DNA of 58,447 bases from an uncultured Candidatus Saccharibacteria bacterium (GTDB lineage: Bacteria > Patescibacteriota > Minisyncoccia > Phycocordibacterales > UBA5272): assembly GCA_964443675.1 (NCBI GenBank), contig CAYUDN010000003.1, positions 1 to 58,447 on the forward strand, read 5' to 3'. The translations under genes were made by a program, and so were the position numbers. Of this stretch, positions 18,227 to 26,569 are shown in pieces. The notes beneath the pieces are model-generated. The model searched no databases, was not told the DNA's origin, and saw only the letters and a program-made list of their open reading frames with translations. Numbering within the stretch: position 1 is the first letter of the stretch; each line of letters starts with the position of its first letter.

Positions 18227-18490
18227 ATGAGTCACACAACTCATATTGCAGAAGTGGCAAAGATAGAAGTAAACCAAGAAGGATGCCCATTGGTAGCGGT
18301 AACGGGAAGCAGAAGAATTCTTGTAGAAGGAGTTATCGGTTCTGAAAAGCTGCAAATAGGCCGACTCGCTTGTTTTGTTGGTTCGGAGCTTGGTTGCGGT
18401 CATTTGCAGGCAGTGAGGGTAAGCACATTACGAAAAGGAGACCTTTGGCAGATCTATACCATGCTCAACACTGTGTCGTGTCACGCGTGA
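18227..18490 (+). CDS. hypothetical protein (87 aa)
   Basis: ATG 18227 lies 7 nt after TAAGGAG. No recognisable family. Confidence 0.5.
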   Translation: MSHTTHIAEVAKIEVNQEGCPLVAVTGSRRILVEGVIGSEKLQIGRLACFVGSELGCGHLQAVRVSTLRKGDLWQIYTMLNTVSCHA

Positions 18491-18826
18491 GAAGGTGTCT
18501 AAGTCCGGATTTTCCGGACTTTTTCTTATCTCTAAAAACCTCCGGCTTTAGCCGGAGTGTACGTTTGATGGCGAAGCCGTACACTGACGTGGACACGACA
18601 GTGTCACGTCAGTACAAGAATTAAACAACGGGTGCGAAGTAATCACATAATAATATATTGGAATACATAATGTTATTCTTTAGCATTCCTGTCATGCACA
18701 ATAGAGTTGTATTAACTAACATCAATACGCCCGCGACTAGCGGGCAAACCCAAAGCCACCGGACACATGTCCGGTGGTCGATTACTTTGTTGTCTTTTCT
18801 TTGTTTTTGTGGTAGAGTAGGGACCT

Positions 18827-19315
18827 ATGACTAATGAAAATGAAACCATGGTAGATAGCCGTGTATACGAAATTTCTTTCATCTTTGATAACAAACTAGA
18901 TGAAGAAACGGCGCTTGCAAAAAGTAACGCAATCAAGCAATCTATCGCTACTCTAGGAGGTAGCTTCATTTCAGAGGAAGCTCCGTATATGCGAGAGCTT
19001 GCTTACGAAATGACTCGCGTTGTTAATAATCAGAATGTTCGTTTTAATGTTGGCTACTTCGGATGGATTAAGTTCGAACTTGATGCTGATAAGCTTAAAG
19101 ATCTCGAAAAGGGTATTAAGCTTGATGAAGAAGTGGTACGTCATATGGTGGTAAAGACAGTTCGTGAGAATACTGTGTACACTAAGCGTGCACCTGTTAT
19201 TAAAGCAGAAACTCTTGTTGAGAGTGATAGTACTGAAGGTGTGGTAGATATTGATACAACTTCTGATCCAGATGTTGTTCCAACCGAAGTTACCGCTAGT
19301 GAAGAAGTAAAATAA
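18827..19315 (+). CDS. rpsF: 30S ribosomal protein S6 (with acidic C-terminal extension)
   Basis: S6-like N-terminus (RVYEISFIFD) and position in the rpsF-ssb-rpsR cluster. Confidence 0.85.
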   Translation: MTNENETMVDSRVYEISFIFDNKLDEETALAKSNAIKQSIATLGGSFISEEAPYMRELAYEMTRVVNNQNVRFNVGYFGWIKFELDADKLKDLEKGIKLDEEVVRHMVVKTVRENTVYTKRAPVIKAETLVESDSTEGVVDIDTTSDPDVVPTEVTASEEVK

Positions 19316-19381
19316 AGATTATACTTAGGGGTATCTAGTAGGGGTGTATAATTATTAAACTAGTTACTGATAATTAATCTT

Positions 19382-19843
19382 ATGTATTTAAACAAAGCAT
19401 TTCTTTACGGCAATCTTACTCGCGATCCAGAACAAAGGACGCTTCCTAACGGAACTCCCGTCACCAACTTCTCGCTCGCAACTAATCGTATCTATAAAGA
19501 TGCAAATGGTTCTCGACAGGAACAGGTAGAGTATCACAACGTTGTGGTATTTGGACGCCAAGCAGAAACTAGTGCTCAGTACCTTAAAAAAGGACAAGGT
19601 GTGATGATTGAAGGTCGTATCACTACTCGTTCATGGGATGATAAAACAACTGGAGAAAAGAAGTACCGTACCGAAATTATTGCTGACGCAGTACAGTTTG
19701 GTCCTAAGTCAGGAGTCTCTGCTCCACAAGAAGGGTTTGCTGGTAACCCAGCTCCGGTTACACCAAAGAATGATCAGGTGCCACCACTTGATACTATTGA
19801 TTACGGAGATGCTGATGTAAATCTCGAAGATATTCCGTTTTAA
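19382..19843 (+). CDS. ssb: single-stranded DNA-binding protein
   Basis: OB fold (NKAFLYGNLTRDPEQRTLPNG...HNVVVFGRQAE) and an acidic tail ending DIPF. Confidence 0.95.
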   Translation: MYLNKAFLYGNLTRDPEQRTLPNGTPVTNFSLATNRIYKDANGSRQEQVEYHNVVVFGRQAETSAQYLKKGQGVMIEGRITTRSWDDKTTGEKKYRTEIIADAVQFGPKSGVSAPQEGFAGNPAPVTPKNDQVPPLDTIDYGDADVNLEDIPF

Positions 19844-20011
19844 ACAGACAAAATTTTTTCATCTACTTTGTCGCTACGAGATTTTTCTCAGTCGCCGTAC
19901 TCGTATGTACGTCTTCTTTGAAAAATCTCTATGCTCCTCGTATCTAAAACAATTTTCTCAGTTTTAAACTAGTGAATAAATGAAAATTATTAAAGATTAA
20001 CGCCTATTATT

Positions 20012-20215
20012 ATGAAAAAACAAGATCACTTTAACCAAAACAATATTAAGTTTATCGATTACAAGGATACAGAAATTCTTGTAAAGTTCCTCAACCCACA
20101 TGCACGTATTCTTAACCGCCGTAAGACTGGTCTTACCGCTAAGAATCAGCGCGCTCTTGCTAACGCAATTAAAAGAGCTCGTTATATGGGGCTTCTTCCA
20201 TACGTTGCACACTAA
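20012..20215 (+). CDS. rpsR: 30S ribosomal protein S18
   Basis: 67 aa with the S18 signature ([13 protein letters not shown]...[25 protein letters not shown]). Confidence 0.95.
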   Translation: MKKQDHFNQNNIKFIDYKDTEILVKFLNPHARILNRRKTGLTAKNQRALANAIKRARYMGLLPYVAH

Positions 20216-20220
20216 CTAGA

Positions 20221-20294
20221 CGCAGACTGCGCGGACAGAGATGCAGGCCAAGAAGCTTGGCTTTGAGATACTGAGCACGGTAGTGCGAATGTAC
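20221..20294 (+). repeat. decayed copy (E1) of the CGCAGAC-repeat element
   Basis: CGCAGACTGCGCGGAC...AAGAAGCTTGGCTTTGAGATACTGAGCACGGTAGTGCGAATGTAC. Near-identical core to 51289-51372 and, inverted, to 45414-45490. Confidence 0.7.
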
Positions 20295-20467
20295 CAATGC
20301 AGAAAAGTACAAAAAATGACCACTACAAAGTGATCATTTTTTGTTTGTATAGTTCTGTTTTTTATACTTTGTCTATAAAACAAATTTCTGCTAGTATGAT
20401 AGGTGTTAAGATGGTTATTGCAACTAGTAACCATTAACTATTAACCATTAATTGTCCACTATTCATT

Positions 20468-21079
20468 ATGCATCCAAAAAAAGAAAGAACATTTGTAATC
20501 CTTAAGCCAGACGCAGTTCAGCGAGGACTTGTTGGCGAAATTACTAAGCGTTTTGAACGTATCGGCCTTAAGCTTGTTGCGATGAAAATGCATATGGTAG
20601 ATGAAGAAATTCTCTGGAAGCATTACAACAAAGATGATGCATGGTACACAAAGAAAGGTGAGAGAATTGTAGAAAACAAAAAGTCCCTTGGTCTTCCTGT
20701 TGATAAAGAAGCTATTGAGTACGGTAAGGATATTATTCGTGCTATGGCTCACTACATGTGTGCAGGGCCAGTGGTTTCGATGGTGATTGAGGGGAACAAT
20801 GCGCAAGCAGTAGTGAAGCGTCTTGTTGGTGGTACTGAACCAGCAACTGCAGATACAGGTACTATTCGTGGCGACTATGCGATCGATTCATACCTTCTTT
20901 GTGATACTGATGGTTCCCGTGGTATGCGTAACCTTATTCACTGCACTGATCCAGCGGACGGGGAAGGGGCATATCAACGAGAGGTTGATCTTTGGTTCAC
21001 CAAGGAAGAGATTATGAGCTATCGTCTTGTTACTGAGGCAATGCTTTATGATGTTAACCTTGATGGGATTGCAGAATAG
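20468..21079 (+). CDS. ndk: nucleoside diphosphate kinase (long form with internal insertion)
   Basis: ERTFVILKPDAVQRGL, and NLIHCTD containing the active-site His. 203 aa versus the usual ~140-150. Confidence 0.85.
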   Translation: MHPKKERTFVILKPDAVQRGLVGEITKRFERIGLKLVAMKMHMVDEEILWKHYNKDDAWYTKKGERIVENKKSLGLPVDKEAIEYGKDIIRAMAHYMCAGPVVSMVIEGNNAQAVVKRLVGGTEPATADTGTIRGDYAIDSYLLCDTDGSRGMRNLIHCTDPADGEGAYQREVDLWFTKEEIMSYRLVTEAMLYDVNLDGIAE

Positions 21080-21171
21080 GTAAGTATTATGAAGGAGAGA
21101 AACCGCGAACCAGAGTAAAGAGGTGCGCGGTTTTTCTTTTTGACATTTTTTTTGTTAGGTCTATACTAAAA

Positions 21172-21325
21172 GTAGGGTGTTCGGGTATTTTTCTGGATGT
21201 ACATCTTTAGGGTTATGAGATATTGCGCTTGAGCTGTGGCTCTCCCGTTTCTCTACCCACCTGACACAATGATCAGGAAGATGTCCCCACACCCTACGAA
21301 AGAATCCGCCGAAAGGCGGTTTTTT
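21172..21325 (+). ncRNA. candidate structured small RNA of unknown class, with own promoter and terminator
   Basis: TTGACA 21140-21145, 16 nt, TATACT 21162-21167. The 5' GTAGGGTGT (21172-21180) pairs with ACACCCTAC (21289-21297). Internal hairpins GAGC-TGTG-GCTC and CCTGA-N8-TCAGG. Terminator CCGCC-GAAA-GGCGG plus T6 (21306-21325). Confidence 0.45.
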
Positions 21326-21364
21326 CGTTGTAATTGCGTTCTTTTTTCATGGTATACTTTTGAT

Positions 21365-21724
21365 ATGAAGTTATTGATAAGCTCATCATTATACCTTTTG
21401 TTTATTTTTTCTCTTTCGACATTTGTGTTTAATCCAACGAATCTCTACTATGAGCTTCCGTGGTTAGATATTCCTATGCATATACTTGGTGGTTTTGGTG
21501 TTGGCTCTCTGGTTGTCTCTTTTGCTTCATACCGAAAACAATCCTTTTCTCTTGTTGCAACTTTGCTTGTATATCTTCTTGTTGCATGTGTTTGGGAGTT
21601 GTATGAATATACACACGATCTCCTTCTTGCAAGTAAGTGGTTAGGAGATGCGGTGGATACTTTTTCTGATGTAGTAAATGGTGCAATTGGTGCAACTATT
21701 GCCTATTATATTCTTAAAAAATAG
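21365..21724 (+). CDS. small integral membrane protein (119 aa)
   Basis: Start moved to ATG 21365, 6 nt after TGGTATACT. Three to four TM helices. Confidence 0.6.
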   Translation: MKLLISSSLYLLFIFSLSTFVFNPTNLYYELPWLDIPMHILGGFGVGSLVVSFASYRKQSFSLVATLLVYLLVACVWELYEYTHDLLLASKWLGDAVDTFSDVVNGAIGATIAYYILKK

Positions 21725-21773
21725 CATCGTCATATATACTAAGAAGTATTAACGAATAATTAGCAATTTACGC

Positions 21774-23147
21774 ATGTCTACTTTTACTGTTACGTTTGCA
21801 GGAGGTGCTCAAATGCCAACAGGTTCTAACTTTCTTGTTGAATTTGGTGATAAAAAACTCCTCGTTGATTGTGGGCTTGTGCAAGGGGAGAAGTATTCTA
21901 TTCCAATCAACCATGAACCTTTTAGTTACGATCCAAAAAGTATTGATTATCTTGTGGTGACACATGCTCATCTTGATCATGTGGGCCGTATTCCAAAACT
22001 TGTTAAAGAGGGCTTTAGGGGTGCGATTATAAGTACAGCGCCAACACGTGACATGGCAGAGCTTGTTATGCTCGACTCGTTTAAGATTCTTTATAAGGAA
22101 GCGATACAATCAGGAACAACGCCTTTGTATGAAGAAAAAGATGTGCTCGAAAGTATGCGATATTGGAATACTGTTATTCCGTATGAAGAAAAGTATGTGA
22201 TTTCTACAAATCAAGGAGATGCTACTATTACTCTTCATGACGCTGGTCACATTTTGGGAAGTTCTATTGTCGAGATTGCGTATAAAGGGAAGAAAATTGC
22301 ATTTACTGGAGATCTTGGCAATACCCCGTCACCACTTATGAAAGACACCACGCTTCTTAAGGATGTTGATTATTTGGTGATGGAAAGTGTGTACGGTGAT
22401 CGTAATCATACCGATAAAGATCGTCGTGTTGAAATTTTTAAGGAAGCAGTTATTTCTACTGTGAAGAAACAGGGAACTGTGCTTATTCCCGCATTTTCAA
22501 TTGAACGTACACAAGAGCTTCTCATGGCATTTAATGAGCTTGTAGAAAGTAAACAAATACCAGAAATACCCGTGTACCTCAATTCTCCTTTAGGGATTAA
22601 TATTACCAAGGTGTATAAAAAGTACGAGCACTGGTTCAATGAAAATGCTGAAGAGATTATTACAAGCGGGGATGATATTTTTGCTTTCAAGGGCTTGTTG
22701 CAAACTGCTTCTCCTGAAGAAAGTAAGATGATTAATCATGATACTAGGCCAAAGGTAATTATTGCAGGCAGTGGTATGAGTAATGGGGGTAGGATACTTC
22801 ACCATGAAGCCCAGTATCTTCCAGATCCAAACAGTACAATTATTATTGTTGGTTTCCAGGCGGTGAATACCATAGGTCGTCATATTGTTGAAGGTGAAAA
22901 GCAGGTAATGATACACGGAGCTTCGGTTCCTGTGCGTGCACGAGTGGTCAACATTCACGGTTTTTCTGCACACAAAGATTCAGATCATTTGATTGAATTT
23001 GTTGGTTCGACACAAGATTCTTTAAAGAAAGTTTTTGTGGTGTTGGGTGAACCAAAGAGTACTTATTTTCTTGGACAAAGACTTCATGAAATGTATGGTG
23101 TACCTGTCACTGTTCCTGAACGAGGGGATAAGGTAGAATTGGAGTAG
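21774..23147 (+). CDS. MBL-fold beta-CASP family ribonuclease/hydrolase
   Basis: 457 aa with HxHxDH (VVTHAHLDHVGRIP), a beta-CASP-like middle region and a C-terminal His motif (FSAHKDSDHL). Confidence 0.8.
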   Translation: MSTFTVTFAGGAQMPTGSNFLVEFGDKKLLVDCGLVQGEKYSIPINHEPFSYDPKSIDYLVVTHAHLDHVGRIPKLVKEGFRGAIISTAPTRDMAELVMLDSFKILYKEAIQSGTTPLYEEKDVLESMRYWNTVIPYEEKYVISTNQGDATITLHDAGHILGSSIVEIAYKGKKIAFTGDLGNTPSPLMKDTTLLKDVDYLVMESVYGDRNHTDKDRRVEIFKEAVISTVKKQGTVLIPAFSIERTQELLMAFNELVESKQIPEIPVYLNSPLGINITKVYKKYEHWFNENAEEIITSGDDIFAFKGLLQTASPEESKMINHDTRPKVIIAGSGMSNGGRILHHEAQYLPDPNSTIIIVGFQAVNTIGRHIVEGEKQVMIHGASVPVRARVVNIHGFSAHKDSDHLIEFVGSTQDSLKKVFVVLGEPKSTYFLGQRLHEMYGVPVTVPERGDKVELE

Positions 23148-23294
23148 AGTAGAGAGAATAGAGAGACAGACAAGAGAAGATACTAAGCGGCGCCGTAGGC
23201 GCCGCTTCTGATTTTTCTACGAAAAGTTCTTATACCTAGTCTGTCCATCTTTTCCCTAGCATCTCCTCACGAATCTCTATATACTAGCTGATAT

Positions 23295-23870
23295 ATGAGT
23301 AAAGAACGTATTACTATTAGTGTCTCTGGTGCCGCAGAAATTGCCCATTGTGGCCCCTCTGTGATTCCGATTGCCAAAGAGCTTGGGAGAGAGATAGCAC
23401 GTCAAGGTGCGCAGATTATTACCGGGGCAACGAGTGGCTTCCCTATGTATGCCGCAGAAGGGGCGAAGGAAGCAGGCGGTTTTTCTTTTGGGCTTTCTCC
23501 TGCAGCAAGCAGAAAGGAGCATCTTGAAGTGTATCGACTTCCACTTAAAGCGATGGACACCGTCGTATACACAGGGTTTGGTTTTCCCGGGAGAGATCTG
23601 ATGCTTGTGAGATCTTCTGATGCAATTGTTATTGGTTGTGGACGTATTGGTACGATTCACGAGTTCACTGTTGCATGGGAAGCAAATATGCCACTTGGAA
23701 TTCTTGAAGGAGAGTGGGCAACTGATGAAGTGATTAGAGATATCATCAAGAATAGCAATCGTACTAATCCTAATGTAGTCTTTGAAAAAGATCCAAAGAA
23801 GCTCGTAGAAAAAATGATAGACCTAGTAGAAAAGCAACGAGATACCGGAGAAAGGGAGATGAGGTTATAA
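23295..23870 (+). CDS. TIGR00725/LOG-like Rossmann-fold nucleotide-binding protein
   Basis: ISVSGAAE...ITGATSGFPMYAAEGAKEAGG...IVIGCGRIGTIHEF pattern, typical of the SLOG/LOG superfamily. Confidence 0.7.
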   Translation: MSKERITISVSGAAEIAHCGPSVIPIAKELGREIARQGAQIITGATSGFPMYAAEGAKEAGGFSFGLSPAASRKEHLEVYRLPLKAMDTVVYTGFGFPGRDLMLVRSSDAIVIGCGRIGTIHEFTVAWEANMPLGILEGEWATDEVIRDIIKNSNRTNPNVVFEKDPKKLVEKMIDLVEKQRDTGEREMRL

Positions 23871-24003
23871 CAGATAACAGATACGCTTTGCTATAGATGA
23901 CAGAGTACAGAAATAAAGAAATAGAAAGAGCGGCGCCTACGGCGCCGCTCTTCTTTGTTATCTGTTAACAAAGTGGTCTGTTATCTGTCTATCTGTGTTC
24001 TAT
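23868..24003. repeat. ACAGA-rich palindromic intergenic element around a GC hairpin
   Basis: Left arm TAACAGATAACAGA...ACAGAGTACAGA, core AGAGCGGCGCC-TAC-GGCGCCGCTCT, right arm GTTATCTGTT...GTCTGTTATCTGTCTATCTGT. Confidence 0.8.
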
Positions 24004-24351
24004 TTATCCATTCACTTGTGTAACAATACGAGAGAAGGTCTCTGGGTTGTTAGCTGCAAGATCAGCAAGCATTTTGCGGTTGATGATAATGTTCTTCTTG
24101 GTGAGTTTATCAATGAAGACACTGTAGGTAACACCGAGCGCTCGAAGTCCTGCGTTAAGACGTACAGTGAAGAGACGACGCATATCGGTCTTCTTGTCTT
24201 TACGGTGTGCAAAAGCGTGTGCTCCTGCATGACGAAGTGCTACTTTTGCTTCAATTTCTTTTTTGCTGCGTCCGAAGCGATATCCTTTTGCTCTCTTGAG
24301 AACATTACGGCGATGCTTCATTGCGATGATGCTTCTTTTTACTCGTGACAT
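24004..24351 (-). CDS. rplT: 50S ribosomal protein L20
   Basis: MSRVKRSIIAMKHRRNVLKRAKGYRFGRSK, a canonical L20 N-terminus. Confidence 0.95.
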   Translation of the reverse strand: MSRVKRSIIAMKHRRNVLKRAKGYRFGRSKKEIEAKVALRHAGAHAFAHRKDKKTDMRRLFTVRLNAGLRALGVTYSVFIDKLTKKNIIINRKMLADLAANNPETFSRIVTQVNG

Positions 24352-24390
24352 AGTAGTTGATTACTTAAAATTATCTTGGTATTGCAAGGA

Positions 24391-24579
24391 TTATAGAAGT
24401 CCTGGAAGGAAACGAGATTTTTCTTTTCCTGTCATCACGAACTCTTGTCCGCGCTTGCCGGCCAATTGCTTGCGACGAGGAGCTTTGGCGTTGAAATGGT
24501 TAAGACCAGGCTTTCTAGCTATGATCTTGCCATTTTTCGTGACCTTGAGTCGCTTGAGAAATGATTTGTTTGTCTTCAT
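24391..24579 (-). CDS. rpmI: 50S ribosomal protein L35
   Basis: 62 aa, basic (MKTNKSFLKRLKVTKNGKIIARKPG), located between infC and rplT. Confidence 0.9.
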   Translation of the reverse strand: MKTNKSFLKRLKVTKNGKIIARKPGLNHFNAKAPRRKQLAGKRGQEFVMTGKEKSRFLPGLL

Positions 24580-24772
24580 ACAATTTTCAGAGAATTATTC
24601 TCTCCTTGCGGATAGTTGGGCTATTATAACATAGAAAAAAGCAAATAGCAACGAGGGAAATATAAGAAGTAAGAGGTGAAAAAGAAACAAGAATTAAGAA
24701 GAAAATACAGAAGGGGTGGCCACTTTGCGGTCACCCCCTTATTTTCCTCTACCCTGTATTGTCTATTTTCTG

Positions 24773-25285
24773 CTATCTGCTTTTTTCAATTACCACCATC
24801 ATAGATTTCGGTATCTTTTTGAGCGGTTCTGCAATTTTGTATTCAGCAGGGATAACTGCCATAATTCTGTCCATTCTTTCACGCAAAAACTTCTCATCCA
24901 TATATTTGGTTCTACCTTTTAGCTGAAGTTCGATTTTGACACGGTGACCTTCTTTGATCCATTCAGCAGCTTGTTTTGCCTTAATCATAATATCGTTCTC
25001 ACCTATTGCAACACTAATCTGGATAGTTTTGGTTTCGGTTATGTGTGCCTTTGCTTTAACCTCTTTTAATTTTTTGGAAAGCTCATAAATATACTTACCG
25101 TAGTCAGCGATACGTGCAACAGGAGGGTCTGCTTGAGGGGAGACTTCTATGAGGTCAAGGTTTGATTTTTTTGCTTCAAGAAGAGCCTCTTCTTTTGTGA
25201 GGATACCTAAGTTATCTCCTTTTGGTCCAATGACACGGAGTTTAGGTGAGCGGATGTTGTTGTTGATGTTTACTTTTTCTGCCAA
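24773..25285 (-). CDS. infC: translation initiation factor IF-3
   Basis: 170 aa (NNNIRSPKLRVIG...LDLIEVSPQADPPVARIADYGKYIYE). The ORF opens with TTG. Confidence 0.9.
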   Translation of the reverse strand: MAEKVNINNNIRSPKLRVIGPKGDNLGILTKEEALLEAKKSNLDLIEVSPQADPPVARIADYGKYIYELSKKLKEVKAKAHITETKTIQISVAIGENDIMIKAKQAAEWIKEGHRVKIELQLKGRTKYMDEKFLRERMDRIMAVIPAEYKIAEPLKKIPKSMMVVIEKSR

Positions 25286-25412
25286 GGTTTTTTTGTTGTT
25301 CTATAGTACCACAAGAAGCGATTTTATGCTAGATGTCGAGTAGTAGGGTGTAGTTGGAAGGTTACTTGGTGTTATGGTAGAGTGGTAAAAGACTTTACAA
25401 GGAGATCCTGCC

Positions 25413-25625
25413 ATGAGGAAGCCTTTTGATTCTGCGGAGGCGATTACAAAGAGGTGGAATAGAAATGTTTTCAAAAGGGTGTGGTTTGATGAAAGAAGGA
25501 AGTTGACCAGATTTGTAACAGAGATTTCTTTTTTGTTCTGGAAGACGTGGTTTTTTTGGATCAAACAAATAGTATCTCATCCCCCAGCAATCACTTCGTT
25601 TGAAGTAAGAAGGTTGTTGCAATGA
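25413..25625 (+). CDS. hypothetical small basic protein (70 aa)
   Basis: ATG 25413 lies 8 nt after AAGGAG (25399-25404) and directly precedes the next small ORF. No family recognised. Confidence 0.35.
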   Translation: MRKPFDSAEAITKRWNRNVFKRVWFDERRKLTRFVTEISFLFWKTWFFWIKQIVSHPPAITSFEVRRLLQ

Positions 25626-25631
25626 AGTGTT

Positions 25632-25889
25632 GTGGTGGGTATTATAGAAATTACTTTTGACGCAAGAGGGTCTAACAGTCGTCATTGTCATCTTGTGATT
25701 CTTTCTGAAGATAATGACTGTCATCCACATCTTATGAAAACCCTTCGAATGGAAGGTTTTAGTAACAAAGATTGTAAAGATATCTTTAAGGAAGTAAGAG
25801 ATTGGGCAGAGATCGGTCATTCTCCTTACAAGGGGTTTGTGTTTAGTCTTTCAAGTAACAACGAAGTTGTTGTTACTCCGGTCATCTGA
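25632..25889 (+). CDS. hypothetical protein (85 aa)
   Basis: GTG-start ORF followed by the hairpin CCGGTCATC-TGAG-GATGGCCGG plus a T-run. Confidence 0.4.
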   Translation: MVGIIEITFDARGSNSRHCHLVILSEDNDCHPHLMKTLRMEGFSNKDCKDIFKEVRDWAEIGHSPYKGFVFSLSSNNEVVVTPVI

Positions 25890-26015
25890 GGATGGCCGGT
25901 TTTTTATAACCAGAGTCTCTTGGTAGTAGTCCAAGATTTCAAATGACAGGTGTATCCTTTTATGGTAGAGTTTCAAGCAGGTGTTTCTCTTCAATAAACC
26001 TTATCAAGTAAGGGG

Positions 26016-26267
26016 ATGGTGATGGAAAGCTCTTTGTTGACTCATGGAGATCTGCTTGTGTTCCAAAGAGGTGATCTTGTGGAACTCATTGCAGATGAAC
26101 AGGATATTGAGCTTCTGCCAAAAGGAACAAGAGTAAATCTTTGTAGTCAAAATGGCAATGCTTTGTGGTATGGTACAGCAATAGTCAAAAAGGTTAATCG
26201 AATTGTGCTTGTTTATGCAAGTAACATGAGGCTGATTAAAGGTGTGAGGTTAATTGATAACAAGTGA
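26016..26267 (+). CDS. hypothetical protein (83 aa)
   Basis: ORF followed by the terminator GTCAGC-CAAAGA-GCTGAC plus a T-run. Confidence 0.45.
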   Translation: MVMESSLLTHGDLLVFQRGDLVELIADEQDIELLPKGTRVNLCSQNGNALWYGTAIVKKVNRIVLVYASNMRLIKGVRLIDNK

Positions 26268-26483
26268 GCGCTTCAATTTCATTTTCCTCGAAAACGTCAG
26301 CCAAAGAGCTGACTTTTTCTTTTATGGAGAAGAATGGATACTCGGTCACAAATCTGCCTCACTTTGTTCGAAGCAGATTCGCGACCCCTATTCTCATCCC
26401 ACGCACATGACGCAGGTCATGTGCTTCTAACTCTCCACTGTATACAAAAGTTCCGAGAAAGAATCTCGGAACTTTTGTATATG

Positions 26484-26569
26484 CGGAAACGGAGGGATTC
26501 GAACCCTCGAAGGCTTTCACCTTACCGCGTTTCGAGTGCGGCGCACTAGACCAACTATGCGACGTTTCC
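26484..26569 (-). tRNA. tRNA-Ser (anticodon CGA), class II with long variable arm
   Basis: Hand-folded cloverleaf: acceptor GGAAACG/CGTTTCC, anticodon loop CU-CGA-AA, variable arm AAGG-TGAAAG-CCTT, T arm GAGGG-TTCGAAT-CCCTC. CCA is not encoded. Confidence 0.8.

Noticed and set aside
18712-18969. ORF 18712..18969(-), 85 aa, antisense to the rpsF start.
   Set aside because: It overlaps the well-supported rpsF gene and hairpin-rich intergenic DNA, and it has no ribosome-binding signal.
21172-21325. Assignment of the structured RNA as SRP (4.5S) RNA, 6S RNA, or a TPP or ykkC riboswitch.
   Set aside because: It lacks the universally conserved SRP helix-8 GGAA tetraloop with flanking AGCA/GGUCA loops. 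It is too short for 6S. There is only superficial resemblance to TPP (CUGAGA...ACCCNNNGAACCUGAUC) or ykkC (UAGGGUU) cores. The terminator does not compete with the closing helix.
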